Shown here: one piece after another, positions 38,853 through 48,257 of the stretch
How positions within the stretch are numbered: the first letter of the stretch is position 1
Layout: each line of letters begins with the position of its first letter
Origin: Spirochaetia bacterium
GTDB lineage: Bacteria > Spirochaetota > Spirochaetia > SZUA-6 > Bin103
Direction of reading: 5' to 3'
DNA length: 64,000 nt
NCBI GenBank assembly: GCA_965203515.1
Contig: OZ241907.1
Coordinates: 4,000,001-4,064,000, forward strand
Made by a program: the position numbers and the translations under genes
The notes under the pieces: model-generated
The model's input: only the letters and a program-made list of their open reading frames with translations
Told to the model about the DNA's origin: nothing
Database searches by the model: none

Positions 38853-41429
38853 ATGAAAATGCCGGGTAGGTTGACACCTTATGGCAATACGAGGCATCCT
38901 GTCGCCGAACCGCCGAACCGCCGAACCGCCGAACCGCCGAACCGCCGAACCGCCGAACCGCCGAACCGCCGAACCGCCGAACCGCCGAACCGCCGAACCG
39001 CCGAACCGCCGAACCGCCGAACCGCCGAACCGCCGAACCGCCGAACCGCCGAACCGCCGAACACGCCGTGGCGTGACGCGCTCATCGCGCTGGCGGTGTT
39101 CGCGGCGCTGGGCGCCGCCGTGCTCGACGACTACGGCATATCGTGGGATGAGCACCACCAGCGCCGCATCGGCCAGACGCGGATCGCCTACGCGCTGGGC
39201 GACGCCGGCGCCCTGCCGACCGACCACAACCGGTACTACGGAGTCGCGTTCGAGGCGCCGCTGATCCTGGTCGAACGGCTGCTCGGCCTCACCGACAGCC
39301 GCGCCGTCTACCTCAGCCGCCACCTGCTGACCCACCTGTTCTTCCTCACCGGCGGCTTCTTCTGCTGGCTGCTGACCTTCCGCCTGTTCCGCGACCGCCG
39401 GCTGGCGCTGTTCGCCCTGCTGCTGTTCCTGCTGCAGCCCCGCCTGTACGCCCACTCCTTCTTCAACACCAAGGACATTCCCTTCCTGGTCATGTTCATG
39501 ATCGCCCTCTATCTGGTGCAGCGCGCCTTCCGCCGCGACACCGCCGGCGCGTTCGCGCTCTGCGGGGTGGGCGTGGGCGTGCTGGTCAACCTGCGCGTCA
39601 TGGGCCTGCTGCTGTGCGCGGCGGTGCCGGCGCTGCGGGCACTCGACCTGCTGCAGGCGCATGGGCCGGCGGAGCGGCGGCGCGCGCTGGCGACCGCCGG
39701 CGCGTTCCTGCTGGCTGCGGCCGCGGCCCTGTACGCGGTCTCGCCCCATCTCTGGCGCAACCCGCTGGAGCTGATCGACGCCGTCGTCACCTTCGCGCGC
39801 CATCCCTCCCCTATTCCAACCCTGTTTCAAGGCGAAATGGTGCGCTGGCCTGAGATTCCGCCGCACTACCTGCCGACCTGGATGGCGATCACCACGCCGC
39901 CGGCGGCGCTGCTGCTGAGCCTGGCCGGAATCGTCGCCGTGTTCGCGCGCAGCCTGACGCGCCCGCGCGAGGTCCTCCGCAACACCCCCGTCACGCGCTT
40001 CGGGGCGCTGCTGGTCGCCTGCCTGGCGCTGCCGGCCGCGGCCGTCATCGCGGTCGACGCCAATCTCTACAACGGTTGGCGGCAGATGTACTTCCTGGCC
40101 GCCCCGCTGGCCCTGCTGGCGATCTACGGCCTGCGCCGGCTGCTGGCCGCCGCGGGCCGGCGGCCGTGGCTGCGGCGCGGCGTCTACGCGCTGGCCGCGG
40201 CGGGCTTGGCCGCGGCCGCGGTCGAGATGGCGCTGATCCACCCCCATCAGATGGTCTACTTCAACTTCCTGGTCGACCGCCGCACCCCCGAATACCTGCG
40301 TACCCGCTACGAGATGGAGTACTGGGGGCCGGCCTACCGCGAAGGGCTGGAGCATCTGCTCCGCCGCCACCCGCAGGAAACCATCCACGTCGTTGCGGCG
40401 AAGAACTGGCGACACGCGCTCGTCAGCGCCAATCTGCGCATACTCCCTGCAACCGAACGCCGCAGAGTCGTCATCACCGACCGCGCGCATGACGCCGCGG
40501 CGAACCATCACTACGCCATCACCAATCATACTCGCGCCAATCACCGCCGCAGCTTCCCGTTCTCGCCCGCGGTCTATGCGCGCCGCATCTACCACAACAC
40601 CATCCTCACGGTGGCCGCCCTCGACCCGGCGCAGATCGACGCTGCGACCGTCGCAGACTTCCGGGAAGCGTACCGCGCCGCACGCTCGCGGGAGCCGGTC
40701 GCCCGCTCGGACTACGACCTGTATCTCGACGGCGCCACGCTGACCTACGTCAAGGACAACTGCCCGGTGAAAGACCTGGATGAGAAGAAGTTCTTCCTGC
40801 ACCTCTTCCCCGCGGACGCCGCCGACCTGCCCGCCCACCAGCGGGAGCTGGGGTTCGACAACCGGGACTTCTATCTCTGGGAGGGCGGCGCGCGGATCGA
40901 CGGCGCCTGCGTGGCGGTCGTGACACTGCCCGATTACGAGTTCACGCGCATCCGTACCGGGCAATTCGAAACCCGCGGCTGGCCCCAGCTCTGGAGCGTC
41001 GAGTTCGCGGCCGGACCGGCCGCGCAGCGCTATTGGGAGGCGCGCGCCGCGATCCGCTCCGGCGCCTGGGGAGCGCCGGCCGCGCGCGGAGCTTTCGACC
41101 TCTATCTGAACGGAACGGTGCTGGCATATCACAAGGAGCCGTGCGCGGCGGAGGAGCTGCGGGCGCGGTTCTTCCTGCACGTGATTCCCGCGGACGCGGG
41201 CGACCTGTCTCCGCAAGACCGGCGGCACGGCTTCGAGAACCGGGACTTCGACTACCACGAACACGGGGCGCGGTTCGGCGCGGCGTGCGTGGCGCTGGCG
41301 CCGTTGCCGGAGTACGCGATCGCCGGCCTCCGCACCGGCCAGTTCATCAGCGGGCAGGGCCGGCTCTGGAGCGCGGAGATTGCGGCGCCGGCCGCGGCGC
41401 AGGGCCGTGAGGCCGACTCCGGCGAATGA
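38853..41429 (+). CDS. GT-C fold membrane glycosyltransferase with two shared domains; 8-bp repeat in its 5' coding region
   Basis: DDYGISWDE, PRLYAHSFFNTKDIP, EYWGP; frame open from ATG 38835/38853/38859 through the repeat. Confidence 0.8.
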   Translation: MKMPGRLTPYGNTRHPVAEPPNRRTAEPPNRRTAEPPNRRTAEPPNRRTAEPPNRRTAEPPNRRTAEPPNTPWRDALIALAVFAALGAAVLDDYGISWDEHHQRRIGQTRIAYALGDAGALPTDHNRYYGVAFEAPLILVERLLGLTDSRAVYLSRHLLTHLFFLTGGFFCWLLTFRLFRDRRLALFALLLFLLQPRLYAHSFFNTKDIPFLVMFMIALYLVQRAFRRDTAGAFALCGVGVGVLVNLRVMGLLLCAAVPALRALDLLQAHGPAERRRALATAGAFLLAAAAALYAVSPHLWRNPLELIDAVVTFARHPSPIPTLFQGEMVRWPEIPPHYLPTWMAITTPPAALLLSLAGIVAVFARSLTRPREVLRNTPVTRFGALLVACLALPAAAVIAVDANLYNGWRQMYFLAAPLALLAIYGLRRLLAAAGRRPWLRRGVYALAAAGLAAAAVEMALIHPHQMVYFNFLVDRRTPEYLRTRYEMEYWGPAYREGLEHLLRRHPQETIHVVAAKNWRHALVSANLRILPATERRRVVITDRAHDAAANHHYAITNHTRANHRRSFPFSPAVYARRIYHNTILTVAALDPAQIDAATVADFREAYRAARSREPVARSDYDLYLDGATLTYVKDNCPVKDLDEKKFFLHLFPADAADLPAHQRELGFDNRDFYLWEGGARIDGACVAVVTLPDYEFTRIRTGQFETRGWPQLWSVEFAAGPAAQRYWEARAAIRSGAWGAPAARGAFDLYLNGTVLAYHKEPCAAEELRARFFLHVIPADAGDLSPQDRRHGFENRDFDYHEHGARFGAACVALAPLPEYAIAGLRTGQFISGQGRLWSAEIAAPAAAQGREADSGE
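38903..39062 (+). repeat. Perfect tandem repeat (CGCCGAAC)x20
   Basis: Counted directly: 160 bp. Confidence 0.95.
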
Positions 41430-41497
41430 GCGGATGATAGCCGCGCGGGGTTCGGCTATCATGGCCGGACCGTGACTGCGCCGCACCGAGACGCGCC

Positions 41498-43039
41498 ATG
41501 ACGCGCCGGAAACTGCCGATCGGCATTCAGACCTTCCGCAAGCTCCGCGAGGACGACTGCTACTACGTCGACAAGACCGCCTTCATCCTCCGCCTGACGC
41601 GCGCCGGCACGCATTACTTCCTGTCCCGCCCGCGCCGCTTCGGCAAGAGCCTGCTGGTCGACACCATCAAGGAACTGTTCGAAGGCAACGAGGAACTGTT
41701 CCGCGGCCTGTACGTGCACGACCACTGGGAGTGGTCGAAACGCCGCCCGGTGGTGCGCCTCGACTTCGGCGGCGGCGACTACTCGGCGCCGGACGGTCTG
41801 CAAGAAGACCTGGCCGATCAGTTGACGGCGCTCGAGACGGCCGCCGGCGCCAGCGCGCGCAGCGCCTCCGCGCCGATCCGCTTCCGGCGCCTGCTGGAGG
41901 AGCTGCACCGGAGCGCCGGCCGGCGGGTGGCGGTGCTGGTCGACGAGTACGACAAGCCGATCCTGGACGCGCTGGGGACGCCGGCGATCGCGGCCGCCAA
42001 CCGCCGGCTCTTGCGCAGCCTGTACTCGAACGTGAAGTTCGCCGACGCGCACATCCACTTCACGCTGCTGACCGGGGTGAGCAAGTTCTCCAAGGTCAGC
42101 GTCTTCTCCGGCCTCAACAATCTGATCGACATCACGCTGGATCCGCGCTATGCGGCGATCTGCGGCTACACCGAAGCGGATCTCGACATGGTGTTCGCGC
42201 CGGAGTTGGCCGGGCTGGACCGCGAACGGATCCGCGATTGGTACAACGGCTATAACTGGCGCGGTGACGATCGGGTCTACAACCCGTTCGACATCCTGCT
42301 GCTGTTCGACCGCCGGGAATTCGCCGCCCATTGGTTCGAGACCGGTACGCCGTCGTTTCTGATCGACATCCTGATCAAGCGCGGGGTCGCCTCGCCGGAG
42401 CTGGACGGTATGCTGGCCGGTGACGACCTGCTGTCCGCGTTCGACGTGGAGGAGATGGAGCCGGCGGCGCTGCTGTTCCAGACCGGCTACCTGACGATCC
42501 GGGACGTCGAAGATGACGACGGTGAGGCGCTCTACCGCCTCGGCTATCCCAACCGCGAGGTACGCCAGAGCCTCAACCGGAGCCTGCTCCGCGCGCTCGG
42601 CGCCGCCGGTCAGGCCGCGGACCGCCCACGCTTGCGCCGGCTGCTGGCGGCGAACGACTTCGCCGGGTTGGAGGCGCTGTTCCGGGCGTTCTTCGCCGGC
42701 ATCCCCTACGAGTGGCACACGCGCAACGACATCGCGCGCTACGAGGGCTACTACGCGAGCGTCTGCTATTCCTGGTTCGCGGCGGTGGGATTGGACGTCA
42801 CGGTCGAGGATTCGAGCAGCCGCGGGCGGGTCGACCTGGCGGTGCGGTACCGGGGCAACGTCTATCTGTTCGAGTTCAAGGTGGTGGAGCTGGCACCTGA
42901 GGGCGCGGCGCTGGCGCAGTTGCAGGCGCGCGGCTACGCGGAGAAGTACCGCGGCCTGGGCGAACCGATCCACCTGCTCGGCGTGGAGTTCAGCCGCGCG
43001 ACGCGCACCATCGCCGCCTTCGAGGTGGCCCGCGCCTGA
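41498..43039 (+). CDS. AAA-ATPase-like / PD-(D/E)XK protein, copy 4
   Basis: Same motifs as copy 1. Confidence 0.92.
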   Translation: MTRRKLPIGIQTFRKLREDDCYYVDKTAFILRLTRAGTHYFLSRPRRFGKSLLVDTIKELFEGNEELFRGLYVHDHWEWSKRRPVVRLDFGGGDYSAPDGLQEDLADQLTALETAAGASARSASAPIRFRRLLEELHRSAGRRVAVLVDEYDKPILDALGTPAIAAANRRLLRSLYSNVKFADAHIHFTLLTGVSKFSKVSVFSGLNNLIDITLDPRYAAICGYTEADLDMVFAPELAGLDRERIRDWYNGYNWRGDDRVYNPFDILLLFDRREFAAHWFETGTPSFLIDILIKRGVASPELDGMLAGDDLLSAFDVEEMEPAALLFQTGYLTIRDVEDDDGEALYRLGYPNREVRQSLNRSLLRALGAAGQAADRPRLRRLLAANDFAGLEALFRAFFAGIPYEWHTRNDIARYEGYYASVCYSWFAAVGLDVTVEDSSSRGRVDLAVRYRGNVYLFEFKVVELAPEGAALAQLQARGYAEKYRGLGEPIHLLGVEFSRATRTIAAFEVARA

Positions 43040-43307
43040 CGCCCCGCCCCAGCGCCGGCGTGCCGTTCGACGGCGCGCCTGCGCGGTCAGGAAACCATGA
43101 GGCTGGCGCTGGCGCCGTTGCCGGAATACGCGATCGCCGGCCTCCGCACCGGCCAGTTCATCAGCGGGGAGGGCCAGCTCTGGAGCGCGGAGATCAAGGC
43201 GCCGGCCGCGGCGCAGGGGCCGTGAGGCCGGCGGATGAGCGGATGATAGCCGCGCGCCGTTCGGCTATCATGGCCGCACCGTGACCGCGCCGCACCGAGA
43301 CGCGCCC

Positions 43308-43580
43308 ATGACGCGCAGGAAGCTGCCGACCGGCATTCAGACCTTCCGCAAGCTCCGCGAGGACGACTGCTACTACGTCGACAAGACCGCCTTCATCCTG
43401 CGCTTGATGCGGGGAGGCACGCACTACTCCGTCGCGCCCGCGGCGGTTCGGCAAGAGCCTGCTGCTGGACACCATCAAGGAACTGTTCGAGGGCAGCGAG
43501 GAGCTGTTCCGCGGCCTGCACGTGCACGACCACTCGGAGTGGTCCAAGCGCCGCCCGGTGGTGCGCCTCGACTTCGGCGC
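43308..43580 (+). pseudogene. Truncated, frameshifted 5' fragment of the AAA-ATPase gene
   Basis: MTRRKLPTGIQTF...THY, then a frameshift before SRPRRFGKS; homology ends near RLDFGA. Confidence 0.85.
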
Positions 43581-43740
43581 TGGCGCCGGCCGGCGTGCAG
43601 CCGAACGGGCGGTCAGCCCCCACCAAGTGACGTGCCCATGTTCGAGGAAGGTTTACGTGCGGCAAAGCAAGAAAAATGCAGCAGAGCAAATGAAATATGC
43701 CGAGCAGGTTGACACCTGATGGCAATACGAGGCATCCTGT

Positions 43741-43828
43741 CGCCGAACCGCCGAACCGCCGAACCGCCGAACCGCCGAACCGCCGAACCGCCGAACCGCC
43801 GAACCGCCGAACCGCCGAACCGCCGAAC
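43741..43828 (+). repeat. Perfect tandem repeat (CGCCGAAC)x11
   Basis: Counted directly: 88 bp. Confidence 0.95.
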
Positions 43829-43872
43829 CGCCGTGGCGTGACGCGCTCGTCGCGCTCATCGCGTTCGCGGCG

Positions 43873-46158
43873 GTGGGTGCCGCCGTCCTCGACGACTACG
43901 GCGTGGCGCACGATACGCTCAAGCAGCGCCGCATCGGCCAGATGGCGGTCGCCTACGCGCTGGGCGACGCCGGCGCTCTGCCGGACCACCATGACCGATA
44001 CTACGGAGTCGCGTTCGAAGCTCCGCTGATCCTGGTCGAGCGGCTGCTCGGCCTCACCGACAGCCGCGCCATCTACCTCAGCCGCCACCTGCTGACCCAC
44101 CTGTCCTTCCTCACCGGCGGCTTCTTCTGCTGGCTGCTCGCCTTCCGCCTGTTCCGCGACCGCCGCCTGGCGCTGTTCGCCCTGCTGCTGTTCCTGCTGC
44201 AGCCCCGCCTGTACGCCCACTCCTTCTTCAACACCAAGGACATCCCCTTCCTGGTCATGTTCATGATCGCGCTCTACCTGACGCAGCGCGCCTTCCGCCG
44301 CGACACCGCGGGCGCGTTCGCGCTCTGCGGGCTGAGCGTGGGCGTGCTGGTCAACCTGCGGGTCATGGGCCTGCTGCTGTGCGCGGCGGTGCCGGCGCTG
44401 CGGGCGCTTGATCTGCTGCGGGCCGACGGGCCGGGGGAGCGGCGCCGCGCGCTGGCGACCGCCGGCGCGTTCCTGCTGGCTGCGGCGGCGGCCCTGTACG
44501 CGGTTTCCCCCAATCTCTGGCGCAACCCGCTGGAGCTGATCGACGCCGTCGCCACGTTCACGCACCATCCCTCCCGCAGTGCGACGCTGTTCCAGGGCGA
44601 GCTGGTGCGCTGGCCGGAGATTCCGCCGCACTACCTGCCCACCTGGATGGCGATCACCACGCCGCCGGCCACCCTGCTGCTGTGCCTGTTCGGCGTCGCG
44701 GCCGTGATCGGTCGCGGCGCCGCCCGCCCCGGTGCACTGGTCCGCAATACCGGCGTGCGCTTCCTGTTCCTGCTGCTCGCCTGCCTGCTGCTCCCGATCG
44801 CCGCCGTCATGGCGCTGCGCTCCAACCTCTACAACGGTTGGCGGCACATGTACTTCCTGTACGCCCCGCTGTGCCTGCTGGCGGTCTTCGGCCTGCGCCG
44901 GCTGCTCGCCGCCGCTCCCCAACCGTGGCTGCGGCGCGGACTCTACGCTCTGGCCGCGGCGGCGCTGGCCGGCATGGCGGTCGACATCGCGCGCCTCCAT
45001 CCCCATCAACAGGCCTACTTCAACTTCCTGGTCGACCGCCGCACCCCGGAGCGCCTGAACACCCGCTATCAGGTGATGTATTGGGGCACCCAGTACCGGG
45101 AAGGGCTGGAATTTCTGCTCGAACGCTATCCCGAGTCGCCGAGCTACGTGGACCGGACCTTCGTCTGGAGTCACAACGTGCGGCGCAATGCGTCCATCCT
45201 GCCGGCGGAGGAACGGCGCCGGCTATTCATTGCCGACGAAGCAGGCAGGGCGGCCGACTTCTCCTTCGCCACCGATTACCGGCATCTTGGCACGGAACCG
45301 CCGTTCGGTCCGGTCCTCTACGCGCGCCGTATCTACCACAACACCGTGCTCGCGGTCACCGCAGTCGACCTGTCCCGGGTCGACCAGGCCACCGCCGACC
45401 GCTATCGCCAAGCGTACCGCGCGACGGTCGCCGGGGAGCCGCTATTCCGGTCGGAGTTCGACCTCTATCTCGACGGCCGGACGCTGACCTACGTCAAGGA
45501 AGCGTGCCGCCCGGAGGATACCGCGCATCCGTTCACGCTACGGGCCGCTCCCGTCGAGGTCGATGATCTTCCCCTGATCCGCCGCGACGGCGGCCGGTAT
45601 CCGTTCACCTTCCGGTTTGGCCACTACGGGGTGCGCTTCGACGGGCGGTGTATGATACGCCGCATCTTGCCGGACTACCCGATCCGGGCGCTCGAAATCG
45701 GCCGGCTGGTCCCCGGCGCAGGCGCCCTGATAGAAGCGACCATCGACCTTGCCGCGGCGGAACCGTCCGTGAGCCGGTATTGGCAGGCGCATCAGGCGAT
45801 CGCCGCCGGGGACCGGGGCGAGCCGGCCGCCCGCGCCGCCTTCGACCTCTATCTCGACGGCGGCGTGCTGACCTACCACAAGGAGCCGTGCACGGCGGAG
45901 GACCTGCGGGAGCGGTTCTTCCTGCACGTGATTCCGGTGGCCGCGGAGGACCTTGCCGCGCAGGATCGGCCGCACGGCTTCGAGATCCGGGACTTCGACT
46001 ACCGGGAACATGGGGTGCGGCTCGGCGAAGCGTGCGTGGCGCTGGCGCCGTTGCCGGAATACGCGATCGCCGGCCTCCGCACCGGCCAGTTCATCAGCGG
46101 GCAGGGCCAGCTCTGGAGCGCGGAGATCGAGGCGCCGGCCGCGGCGCAGGGGCCGTGA
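43873..46158 (+). CDS. GT-C fold membrane glycosyltransferase with two shared domains; upstream ATGs out of frame across the 8-bp repeat
   Basis: Paralogue of 14200 and 38853; the PWRDALVAL coding sequence extends upstream of the GTG into the repeat. Confidence 0.8.
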   Translation: MGAAVLDDYGVAHDTLKQRRIGQMAVAYALGDAGALPDHHDRYYGVAFEAPLILVERLLGLTDSRAIYLSRHLLTHLSFLTGGFFCWLLAFRLFRDRRLALFALLLFLLQPRLYAHSFFNTKDIPFLVMFMIALYLTQRAFRRDTAGAFALCGLSVGVLVNLRVMGLLLCAAVPALRALDLLRADGPGERRRALATAGAFLLAAAAALYAVSPNLWRNPLELIDAVATFTHHPSRSATLFQGELVRWPEIPPHYLPTWMAITTPPATLLLCLFGVAAVIGRGAARPGALVRNTGVRFLFLLLACLLLPIAAVMALRSNLYNGWRHMYFLYAPLCLLAVFGLRRLLAAAPQPWLRRGLYALAAAALAGMAVDIARLHPHQQAYFNFLVDRRTPERLNTRYQVMYWGTQYREGLEFLLERYPESPSYVDRTFVWSHNVRRNASILPAEERRRLFIADEAGRAADFSFATDYRHLGTEPPFGPVLYARRIYHNTVLAVTAVDLSRVDQATADRYRQAYRATVAGEPLFRSEFDLYLDGRTLTYVKEACRPEDTAHPFTLRAAPVEVDDLPLIRRDGGRYPFTFRFGHYGVRFDGRCMIRRILPDYPIRALEIGRLVPGAGALIEATIDLAAAEPSVSRYWQAHQAIAAGDRGEPAARAAFDLYLDGGVLTYHKEPCTAEDLRERFFLHVIPVAAEDLAAQDRPHGFEIRDFDYREHGVRLGEACVALAPLPEYAIAGLRTGQFISGQGQLWSAEIEAPAAAQGP

Positions 46159-46238
46159 AGCCGGCGGATGAGCGGATGATAGCCGCGCCGTTCGGCTATC
46201 ATGGCCGCACCGTGACCGCGCCGCACCGAGACGCGCCC

Positions 46239-48140
46239 ATGACGCGCAGGAAGCTGCGGACCGGCATTCTAGCGGCTGCGTTGATCGTGGTCGGCGCGGC
46301 GCTGGCGTCCGCGGACGCCGTCCTGCGCCACGGCGCGTCGGTCAGCGAGCGCAACGCGCTGATCGTCGAGGTGCGGGTGGCGCTGGCGCGCGCGGCGCGG
46401 GTGTTCGTCGAGTACGACAACCCGCAGGCCGGCCGCTACCGCACGCCGCTGAGCGAGCCGGGCGCGGCGCACGTCATCCCGCTCGTCCGGCTGCGCCCGG
46501 AGACGACCTACGACTACACCATCTTCGTGGTGGACGGCTCCGTAACGGACGAGGCCGCGGTCGACGGCGCGCATGCGACCGCCGGGCCGCGCGGCCGGTT
46601 CACCACCGGACCGCTGCCGCTGGCCCTCGCCGCCATCCCGATGCAGGTGCGCGGCAGGAGCTCGCAGCCGCTCATCCTGTCCGATCAACCGCGCGCGTAC
46701 TACGTCTTCCAGGACGAAGTGGGCGGAATAGTCTGGTACCATTACCATGAAGGGCTCGTCGGCCCCATCGCGCAGTTGCCCGCCGGCAGCTTGCTCTTCG
46801 CGCGCGGAGGCAGTCTGGTCGAGATCACCCCACTGGGAGCAGTGGTCAACCGGTTCGCGCGGGGTGGCGCCGCGGGGAATCCCCACCACGACGTCGCCGT
46901 GCTCGACGCCGAACGCGTGATCTACCTGAGCCGGGCACGCTTCGTCTTCGACGACTCGGCGAACGGCGGGCCGGCGCAGGATGCGTCCGGGTTCGCCGAC
47001 CAGCTGCGCGTCTGGGACCGGGGAAGCGGACACTTCGAGCAGGTTTGGGACTCGACGGACGCCTGGGACCTGCTGGACCCGGCCCAGCGCGGGGCGAGGA
47101 CCCGCACCGGCAGCAACTTCAGTTGGACGCACCTCAACTCGGTGAGCATCGGCCCGCGCGGCAACGTCGTCCTGTCATCGCGCGCGCGCAATCAGGTGGT
47201 CTCGCTCAGCGTGGACTCGTGGACGATCGAATGGCAACTGAACGGACCGGACAGCGATTACCAGTTCCCGAACCCGAACGACCGGTTCTACGGGCAGCAC
47301 ACCGCGGCGCAGCTCGACGACGGCAACGTACTGCTGTTCGACAACGGCCGGGGCCGTCCCGACGCCGAGGGCGGCGCCTACTCGCGCGCGCTGGAGCTGC
47401 GGCTGGACGAGGCGGCCGGCACCGCGGTGAAGGTGTGGGAGTACCGGCCGACGCCGGATATCTACTCGGCGAGCGGGAGCAGCGCCTACCGGCTGAGCAA
47501 CGGCAATACGCTGATCAACTTCGTCGCGAGATTGAGCGACCCGCCGATGACCGTGGTCGAGGTGGACGCGGCCGGCAACGAAGTGTTCCGGGTCGTTGCC
47601 CGGCAACGGTACGTGCCGCGGCCGCACTCCTCGCGGCGGTACCGGGCCTACGGCGGCATCGAGTCGATCATGGGCGAGACCATGCTGCGGCCGCCGGCGG
47701 CGGCGCCCGCATACGCGCGCGCCGCAACGTTCGAGAAGGAGTACTACCTGGCCAAGGAGCGGGCGCGGTTCGAGGAGCTGGCGGCGGCCCTGGACGGTCG
47801 GCAGCGCGCCGCCGGCGGGGTGTTCGACCTGTATCTGGCCGGGGACCGGCTGGTGTACGCGAAGGAGCCCTGCGCTCGGGCGGATGTCCGGGAGCGCTTC
47901 TTCCTGCACGTCTTTCCGGCCGGCGAAGACGATCTGGCCGCCGACAGCCGGGAGCAGGGGTTCGACAACCTCGACTTCGATTTCTGGACGCGCGGCGTGC
48001 TCTGGGACGGCGCCTGCCTGGTAGCCGCGACACTCCCGGAGTATGAGATCGTCCGCCTCCGCACCGGCCAGTTCATCAGCGGGCAGGGCCAGCTCTGGGC
48101 GGCGGAGATCGAGGCGCCGGCCGCGGCGCGGAAACCGTGA
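46239..48140 (+). CDS. Arylsulfotransferase-like protein with shared C-terminal domain
   Basis: MTRRKLRTGILAAALIVVGAALASA signal; HLNSV, GQHTA, FDNG, YSRALEL. Confidence 0.82.
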   Translation: MTRRKLRTGILAAALIVVGAALASADAVLRHGASVSERNALIVEVRVALARAARVFVEYDNPQAGRYRTPLSEPGAAHVIPLVRLRPETTYDYTIFVVDGSVTDEAAVDGAHATAGPRGRFTTGPLPLALAAIPMQVRGRSSQPLILSDQPRAYYVFQDEVGGIVWYHYHEGLVGPIAQLPAGSLLFARGGSLVEITPLGAVVNRFARGGAAGNPHHDVAVLDAERVIYLSRARFVFDDSANGGPAQDASGFADQLRVWDRGSGHFEQVWDSTDAWDLLDPAQRGARTRTGSNFSWTHLNSVSIGPRGNVVLSSRARNQVVSLSVDSWTIEWQLNGPDSDYQFPNPNDRFYGQHTAAQLDDGNVLLFDNGRGRPDAEGGAYSRALELRLDEAAGTAVKVWEYRPTPDIYSASGSSAYRLSNGNTLINFVARLSDPPMTVVEVDAAGNEVFRVVARQRYVPRPHSSRRYRAYGGIESIMGETMLRPPAAAPAYARAATFEKEYYLAKERARFEELAAALDGRQRAAGGVFDLYLAGDRLVYAKEPCARADVRERFFLHVFPAGEDDLAADSREQGFDNLDFDFWTRGVLWDGACLVAATLPEYEIVRLRTGQFISGQGQLWAAEIEAPAAARKP

Positions 48141-48257
48141 GGCCGCGAATGAGCGGATGATAACCGCTCGGCGTTCAGGCTATGGCCGCGTGGCAATGCG
48201 GCATCTCTCGACGGCGTTCCGCATGAGCTTGATCCTCGGCTTGGCGGTGAATCGGTA

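Noticed and set aside
26524..43828. CRISPR array at the tandem repeats
   Set aside because: The 7-8 bp units are contiguous with no unique spacers, and no cas genes are present
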